Shown one piece after another: positions 58,307 to 64,000 of a DNA stretch of 64,000 nucleotides. The stretch is from a virus: positions 1 to 64,000 of the IMG/VR virus record IMGVR_UViG_3300037851_000102, one strand, 5' to 3'. The notes beneath the pieces were generated by a model. The model worked only from the letters and a program-made list of their open reading frames with translations, made no database searches and was not told the origin of the DNA. Every line of letters begins with the position of its first letter. Position 1 is the first letter of the stretch. Made by a program: the position numbers and the translations under genes.

Positions 58307-58831
58307 ATGGCGGTCAATTTCTCGACTCTGTTTGAGGATTTAGTTCGCAACGAGTCGCACAGATATGAATATGATCGCCTTTTGTCAGAGGCAATCCAAG
58401 TCCTCGCCCAAGGCGGCGGTGGAATTCAATGGATTGACGGTGTTCCCTATATTCCAGACCCAGGTCGCGCCAAAAACATATCGCTCAATCGTCCAGTTTT
58501 TACGGCAGGGTATTATGGTCAGAATCAATCGAGCCGATACCTGAGAGTGGACGGTGTGACCACTTCGAGTGATTCGGGCATTTTGCTCCCAAGAGATGCA
58601 GTGATAACGAGCTTGTGGGGGAAGAGTCGTTCAAACAACAATTGGTCAATAGAAATAAGACGAAATGGCAATCCGATAACGCTTGTGTCAGTGAATGTGG
58701 TTGGTTCGGTTGGCAGTGATCCAGAACTTGATATCGATTTGGACGCTGGGGATTTTATTCAATTTTACATGGTCGGCAGTGGGGTCGATCATCCAATCGC
58801 AGGCGTAGAAATCGCTTGGCGAGCCAATTAA
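58307..58831 (+). CDS. virion protein, paralogous to the C-terminus of 58841-60355
   Basis: Shared W...IRRNG...LDIDLDAGD.I..Y..G.GVD.P domain. Confidence 0.65.
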   Translation: MAVNFSTLFEDLVRNESHRYEYDRLLSEAIQVLAQGGGGIQWIDGVPYIPDPGRAKNISLNRPVFTAGYYGQNQSSRYLRVDGVTTSSDSGILLPRDAVITSLWGKSRSNNNWSIEIRRNGNPITLVSVNVVGSVGSDPELDIDLDAGDFIQFYMVGSGVDHPIAGVEIAWRAN

Positions 58832-58840
58832 GGGGGGCAA

Positions 58841-60355
58841 ATGAGTTTTTTCAGAGTAACAGAACCGAATTCAGTCGCAGTTCCAATTGATGATTTAGGT
58901 ATAGTGATCGCGGCGGATGCGGCAAACGTCGTTTTATCAAACCAGTTCTCAGTTCATGATTTGTATCTTTCAGCGGATCTCGAAGCTGCAATCATCAACG
59001 GGGACTTAGATGTAGAGATCAACTACGGCACGGGCTTCGCGGCAGTGGCGGCAGTGGATTATACAAACCGAGATGCACTTGCGGCATTTTTGAACGTATT
59101 TGAAATCACCAACGAAAACTCAAACGAGCGTTTGGTGAACAATACGGACGCTTCTTCGGGTTCACAGCTTCACCATCATGATACGCGATACTTCACCAAG
59201 ACAGAGCTTCAATCGACGGCCAATGGATCTTCGGGCGGCACCTTAATTGGTCTGAACGATGATGCGTGGGACACAGAGTATCCTTTCACATTCACGACCT
59301 TGCAGGGCTTTGTTGATGGTCTTTACACGATTTTAACAACGGGTTTTGACCTTGACCAAGTTTACGACAACGATGCAGACGGCATTTTAAATGTCGATGG
59401 CACAACGAAGCCTTTGGACTTCAGATCAGACAACGTGAACGACATTATTATCAGTCGTTTCTCAACGCCAGATCTTCAGCAAGCATTGATTTTTGATGTC
59501 AGCGCAGATGAGTTGATTCTTGGATCTCTTGCGGTTGGTGGACTCAACGACATCAATGTGAGAGTTCGATCAGATCTTATCGTTGATGGGGACATCGTAT
59601 TTACAGGGACTATCACAGATACCACAGTCAACGAATTGAACGTGACCAACGCCAACATTCGCTTGCGTGATGGGGCGACAGCGGTTCCAGGCGCAGATGC
59701 TTACATTGAAGTTGAGCGCGGAACTTCGGGCAACGATGCAAGACTTCTTTGGAACGAGACTTCGGATCGTTGGCAGGCAGGCATTGTCGGCACACTTGGC
59801 ACCATTGCACTCCTTGAGTTCGATGAGATTGTAACAGGCGTTTGGGAATTCCAAGGCGGAGCGGCCACAGAGCCTTCGATGTACTTGACCGACAAGGCAT
59901 CGGCACCGACCACAAACCTTGGGACTGCAACACAGATCCCAATTTCAATGATTAACAACACTCCTGCGTACTACGACAAATCGAATTCAAGAAATAAGTT
60001 CTTGTCGATGTATCGAATGCACCAAGCGTTCTCAGGTCGTGATAACGCCAACAACTCGAACGAATATCTTCGTGCGGGAGAGTTTACGTCAAATCAGTCG
60101 AGCTATCGCTTGATTAAAAACATGACTCTGATTGGAATCTCAGCACAGACAAACGGAGCGGAGACTTGGACAGCGCGTGTGAGAAAGAATGGAGTAGTGA
60201 CCAACTTGGCCTCTCTCGCTCTTTCAGCGGTCGCTGGAGCCCAAGATGCAACGCTAAACGTGGACTTCAATGCTGGAGATAAGATCGAAGTTTATTGCGA
60301 TGGCACAGGCGTTGACAGACCTTTTGTGATGCTTGAGTTCGCTGAAAGGTTCTAA
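58841..60355 (+). CDS. virion fibre/structural protein
   Basis: HHHDTRYFTK motif and IEVERGT...LLWNETSDRW fibre motif. Confidence 0.7.
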   Translation: MSFFRVTEPNSVAVPIDDLGIVIAADAANVVLSNQFSVHDLYLSADLEAAIINGDLDVEINYGTGFAAVAAVDYTNRDALAAFLNVFEITNENSNERLVNNTDASSGSQLHHHDTRYFTKTELQSTANGSSGGTLIGLNDDAWDTEYPFTFTTLQGFVDGLYTILTTGFDLDQVYDNDADGILNVDGTTKPLDFRSDNVNDIIISRFSTPDLQQALIFDVSADELILGSLAVGGLNDINVRVRSDLIVDGDIVFTGTITDTTVNELNVTNANIRLRDGATAVPGADAYIEVERGTSGNDARLLWNETSDRWQAGIVGTLGTIALLEFDEIVTGVWEFQGGAATEPSMYLTDKASAPTTNLGTATQIPISMINNTPAYYDKSNSRNKFLSMYRMHQAFSGRDNANNSNEYLRAGEFTSNQSSYRLIKNMTLIGISAQTNGAETWTARVRKNGVVTNLASLALSAVAGAQDATLNVDFNAGDKIEVYCDGTGVDRPFVMLEFAERF

Positions 60356-61338
60356 TGCCTAAGCTGTTTCTATCCACAACTGGAGCAGATGTCGTGATCC
60401 CCGAATTGGGGATCTCGATTATTCATCCAGCAACGGATTATGAAATAGACGCGCAATTCTCTGCGGAAGATCTTGCGCTTGCATCGAGCTTAACGACAGC
60501 AATCAATAATGGTTCACTTGTATGGAAGAAGACTGCGGGCGGTTCAGCACAGCCGCCAACAGATTACGATCCAGATTATTTGGAAGCAGAAGAACTCTCA
60601 GGCGGTTCAGGCAATCTGAATCAACAGCTTGTCAAATCTCTTGGGAGTTCAATTCTAAGCCTCAAGGCGCAAGTTCAGGCGACAGTGGCGGGGACATTGG
60701 TTCTCACACGCGGGACTTCGACAGTTTTGATTTTTACAGGCACGACAGCGGGTCAGATCATTCAGCTACCAGGTGCGACGACACTGGATAACGGCCATTA
60801 TTTTGAAGTTTGGAACGTCAGCACAGAATCAATCGTTGTTAAGAATGCAGGCGGCGGGACACTCTTCACGATAGGTCAGACATCGACGGCGTATATTAAA
60901 TTGCAAGACAACACGACATCGAATGGGTTGTGGGTGTACTGGCAGGTTTTCGTTTCAGCACTTGCAGCGGGAATTCTAAACTACACGCTCACTTCGGGCG
61001 TGAACTTCATAACAGCATCGACATCGGACACGATCATCACTGGATTTACAGTGACACCACAAGCGGGCTTGTATGCAGCGTGGTTCTCTTGTGATGTGAC
61101 GATTGCGACCAACAACAGGCTTATGGACTCGGTTCTTTACATTGGCGGAGTCGAGAACGCCAACACGCGAAGGACAGTCCAAGGGGTCTCTTCAAACTTT
61201 AGAGCAACATCATCAGTCATCGGTCTTGCCAACGTGAACGGATCGCAAGCGGTGGATGTATGGGTGAAGAGTTCGGGCGGTAACATCACCGTTGGTCAGC
61301 GTTCGCTCGTTCTAATTAGATTGGGGACAAACGTATGA
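60355..61338 (+). CDS. virion structural protein
   Basis: Thr/Gly-rich, beta-rich; N-terminus resembles that of 58841. Confidence 0.6.
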   Translation: MPKLFLSTTGADVVIPELGISIIHPATDYEIDAQFSAEDLALASSLTTAINNGSLVWKKTAGGSAQPPTDYDPDYLEAEELSGGSGNLNQQLVKSLGSSILSLKAQVQATVAGTLVLTRGTSTVLIFTGTTAGQIIQLPGATTLDNGHYFEVWNVSTESIVVKNAGGGTLFTIGQTSTAYIKLQDNTTSNGLWVYWQVFVSALAAGILNYTLTSGVNFITASTSDTIITGFTVTPQAGLYAAWFSCDVTIATNNRLMDSVLYIGGVENANTRRTVQGVSSNFRATSSVIGLANVNGSQAVDVWVKSSGGNITVGQRSLVLIRLGTNV

Positions 61339-62039
61339 TGGTATTTAATTTTACGAAATCACCGTGCAATCCTGCGCGATTAAAACTTGAGATCGAAGCA
61401 TCTTCAATCACAGTGGCACTTGCATCGGTCTCTCTATTGGGTGCAGATGCGTTGACCGTTTCTTTTAAGGCAGATCTTTCTGCGGGCGAAGAGACGACTC
61501 TTAACGGTCTTGTGACCGCACACACGGGCGAAGATCTTCCAGATGATTATGTGGCGACAGTACAGCTTGAAGCACTTCCAGAGCCAGAGCCCTTTGCAAA
61601 GCCGAGCTTTAGAACAAAGCGAAACAAGACGGCAGCGTGGCAGACGATCACCGAAGGTCAGACAGTGGATCTCGATTTTCTTTTGACAGAAGAGCGATAC
61701 GTTTCAGGTGGAGAGATCATTTACAAGGGAGCAAAAGAGGGCGACTACGTTAAAGCCTCAGTGATGGACGTATTCAATGGGGGAGTGATACCAGCACCAT
61801 ATCGTCCAGCCAACGTCGGCATTTGCGAGAATTGGCCCCTTGTGAATGAGTATATTAACGGCGAGTGGATTGTTCCGAACAACACGAATGAAGAGTACAA
61901 GAGCAAGATTATCAACACATATCCTTTGAACGCGAAGATCACTCCATATTTGGTTTTGCGAGTGACCTACACAGCATCGGCAGAAGCGGGTGAGAGACAC
62001 GTCGCCGTGAACTATCATCTCACGAAAAAATTGTTATGA
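61335..62039 (+). CDS. virion-associated hypothetical protein
   Basis: Coupled ORF in the structural block. Confidence 0.6.
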   Translation: MMVFNFTKSPCNPARLKLEIEASSITVALASVSLLGADALTVSFKADLSAGEETTLNGLVTAHTGEDLPDDYVATVQLEALPEPEPFAKPSFRTKRNKTAAWQTITEGQTVDLDFLLTEERYVSGGEIIYKGAKEGDYVKASVMDVFNGGVIPAPYRPANVGICENWPLVNEYINGEWIVPNNTNEEYKSKIINTYPLNAKITPYLVLRVTYTASAEAGERHVAVNYHLTKKLL

Positions 62040-62229
62040 TTATTTGTTGGCGTTTGGTCTCTCGAAACATCGGCGGATTCACAGTGGAGTTTTGGCCTGA
62101 AGATGATGAGAGCCAAAGACGCAAAGAGGATTTTGTTATTTTAGAAGAGCAGAGATTAAAGTTTAGATTCCAAAATGTTTTCAAGGCCAAAGAGATTCGC
62201 TTGAAAAAAGTGGAATCAAGGAAGAGCAG

Positions 62230-62787
62230 ATGGGATTGAAGATTGGTTTTTCTAAATCGCGCAAGAAAGTTAAGTTGTTCAGTGATCTTATTATTTTTTG
62301 GGATCGCGTTCGCCACGGTTCAAATCTTCCGATTTCTCATTGCTATGGTCGTTTCACTTCTGCTTCTTGGGAGCGTGATTTTATTTATCAGGCTTCAGGC
62401 CACGCGACGAACTTCATGGGCGAGAAGAACTTTGCAAACAGGCATGAGGTGATTGAGGAGTACACGCTTTCAATTCCACGCGATGTCGTTGAGAGAATTG
62501 GACGAGTCTGCGTTGATCGTGAGGGCAAGCCCTATGCAATCAAGCAGACAATTGGCATTGCGATATCAGCAATTATTTGGATCATTACGTTTGGCAAAAT
62601 AGAAATTAAAAATCCATTTGCAGATGGCGACGCTGAAACAAACTGCATTGAAGAGTGGGGGAGAATTCTCGCACAGGAGCTTAATGTAGAGCCGCCACAG
62701 TATTTGGATGGAATTTCTGTAAAGCCATTCCGAGATTGGATTGCAGGCTTGCCGATGGCAAGATTGACAGATGTAAAGTTAGATTGA
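62230..62787 (+). CDS. permuted papain-like (NlpC/P60, YiiX-type) protein
   Basis: SHC early, GKPY, late NCIE catalytic Cys. Confidence 0.55.
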   Translation: MGLKIGFSKSRKKVKLFSDLIIFWDRVRHGSNLPISHCYGRFTSASWERDFIYQASGHATNFMGEKNFANRHEVIEEYTLSIPRDVVERIGRVCVDREGKPYAIKQTIGIAISAIIWIITFGKIEIKNPFADGDAETNCIEEWGRILAQELNVEPPQYLDGISVKPFRDWIAGLPMARLTDVKLD

Positions 62788-62802
62788 AAGTTAGGTTGAT
62801 AG

Positions 62803-64000
62803 ATGATGAGTTCGGTTGAAGATGAAAGATTGAAGTTCATAGCGTATTCTGCGCTTGATGAAGAGACGCTTCTAAGGACGGATCTCGCCTATTTTGCGGA
62901 AGAGATTCTTAACATGGAGATCTCAGATCACCACAAGTCTTGGTCAAGGCTTGTAGCAAAACACAAAAAACTTGCAATCGAAGCACCTCGAGATCACGGG
63001 AAGAGCTTCATGTTCTCATTCGCTTATGCGATATGGAGAGCGTACTTCAATTGGATTCCAAGCTCGCTTGCGGTCTCTTCAGATTTCAAATCGATTCCAA
63101 GAGTGAGTATTGGTTACATATTCTCGAACACTCAAGATCAGTCCATCAAACTTCTCGAACTCGTAAAGAGAGAGATTGAAGATAATCCAAAGCTCGAACA
63201 CCTGATTCCAGCGGACAAAGACGTGTGGTCAAAGACAGAGATCAGGCTATCAAACGGAGCGGCCATTCGAGCAAGAGGTTGGGGTCAATCAGTACGGGGA
63301 GCCCATCCAGTTTGGATCGTGGCGGATGACTGTTTGAACGATGAAACGATTTATTCTGAACTCACACGAAACAAGCAGATTGATTACTTCTTCTCAGCGG
63401 TGACACCGATGCTTGTGCCAGGTGGACAGTTGATTGTTGTGGGCACTCCATTCCACAGAGAAGATCTTTATCAAAGGCTTTCAGAAAACCCTGCGTATCA
63501 CTTCCACAGAAGCCCTGCGCTTGATGCGGGCGGGGCACCACTATGGCCGACACGTTACACGAAAGAAATGCTCGTACAGCGAAAGCAAGAGGTTGGTTCG
63601 GTTCGATTCTCAAGAGAGTATTTGTGCCTTCCAATTTCTGACGAATCGTCTCTCTTCCCTGAAAAGATTCTCGAACAGTGTTATGAGCCAGAGTTTGAAA
63701 TGCCAACACAGGTCGAGCCAGAGTGGAGAAAAGAGCTTCGCATTTACACTGGAGTCGATTTCGCCATGTCTTCCACAGTTGGAGCCGATTACACGGTTCT
63801 CACAACGATTGGCGTGGACAAGTATCAGAATCGCTGGATTCTGGACATACGTCGTAAAAAGGGTCTTTCATTTGGCGAACAGCTTAGAGAGATCCAAGAT
63901 GTGGCAAGACAGTATAAGCCGCTTAAAATTCTGTGCGAGAACAACGGATTTCAAAAGATTTTCTCAGATACACTTGTCAGACACACGGATCTTCCAGTTG
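62803..64000 (+). CDS. terL: terminase large subunit (runs off the window; absent from ORF track)
   Basis: Manual translation: APRDHGKS Walker A, VRGAHP..IVADD Walker B, VVGTP, YTGVDFA...ADYT nuclease motif. Confidence 0.92.
   Translation, partial: MMSSVEDERLKFIAYSALDEETLLRTDLAYFAEEILNMEISDHHKSWSRLVAKHKKLAIEAPRDHGKSFMFSFAYAIWRAYFNWIPSSLAVSSDFKSIPRVSIGYIFSNTQDQSIKLLELVKREIEDNPKLEHLIPADKDVWSKTEIRLSNGAAIRARGWGQSVRGAHPVWIVADDCLNDETIYSELTRNKQIDYFFSAVTPMLVPGGQLIVVGTPFHREDLYQRLSENPAYHFHRSPALDAGGAPLWPTRYTKEMLVQRKQEVGSVRFSREYLCLPISDESSLFPEKILEQCYEPEFEMPTQVEPEWRKELRIYTGVDFAMSSTVGADYTVLTTIGVDKYQNRWILDIRRKKGLSFGEQLREIQDVARQYKPLKILCENNGFQKIFSDTLVRHTDLPV

Noticed and set aside
1-64000. Alternative genetic code
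   Set aside because: Long enzymes translate intact in code 11, and TAA, TAG and TGA all end well-coupled genes

Overview
The window is part of a large dsDNA tailed-phage genome (about 44% GC). There are no host housekeeping operons, rRNA or recognisable tRNA. Layout: (i) 1-9047 (+), tail fibre/receptor-binding paralogues and a lysis-type cassette. (ii) 9118-26119 (-), early/accessory genes driven by a repeated sigma70-type promoter (MoxR/CobS-like AAA + vWA pair, HDAC-family deacetylase, ATP-dependent ligase, WGR protein, HNH), then primase, helicase, a sigma factor and an SF2 helicase. (iii) A strand switch at about 26120-27060 with tandem DnaA boxes. (iv) 27065-57767 (+), RNase H, HU, Acb2/Tad1-like protein, amidase, DnaE, SSB, RecA, SbcCD-like nuclease, RecU-like resolvase, ParB-like protein and many small ORFs. 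(v) 58307-64000 (+), virion proteins and a truncated large terminase. Two patterns stand out. First, about 19 otherwise unrelated proteins end in the same C-terminal tag, F-x-x-[AG]-L-[KED]-x-L-stop, conserved in protein but not in DNA. Second, two candidate small RNAs share one architecture (promoter, stem, CAAAAATT, antisense loop, stem, terminator), and each is complementary to a different family of stereotyped ribosome-binding leaders used by many phage genes. Also seen: a dispersed 18-bp parS-like palindrome, a third structured ncRNA candidate and a frameshifted tail-fibre paralogue. All family assignments come from motif recognition by eye, not database searches.
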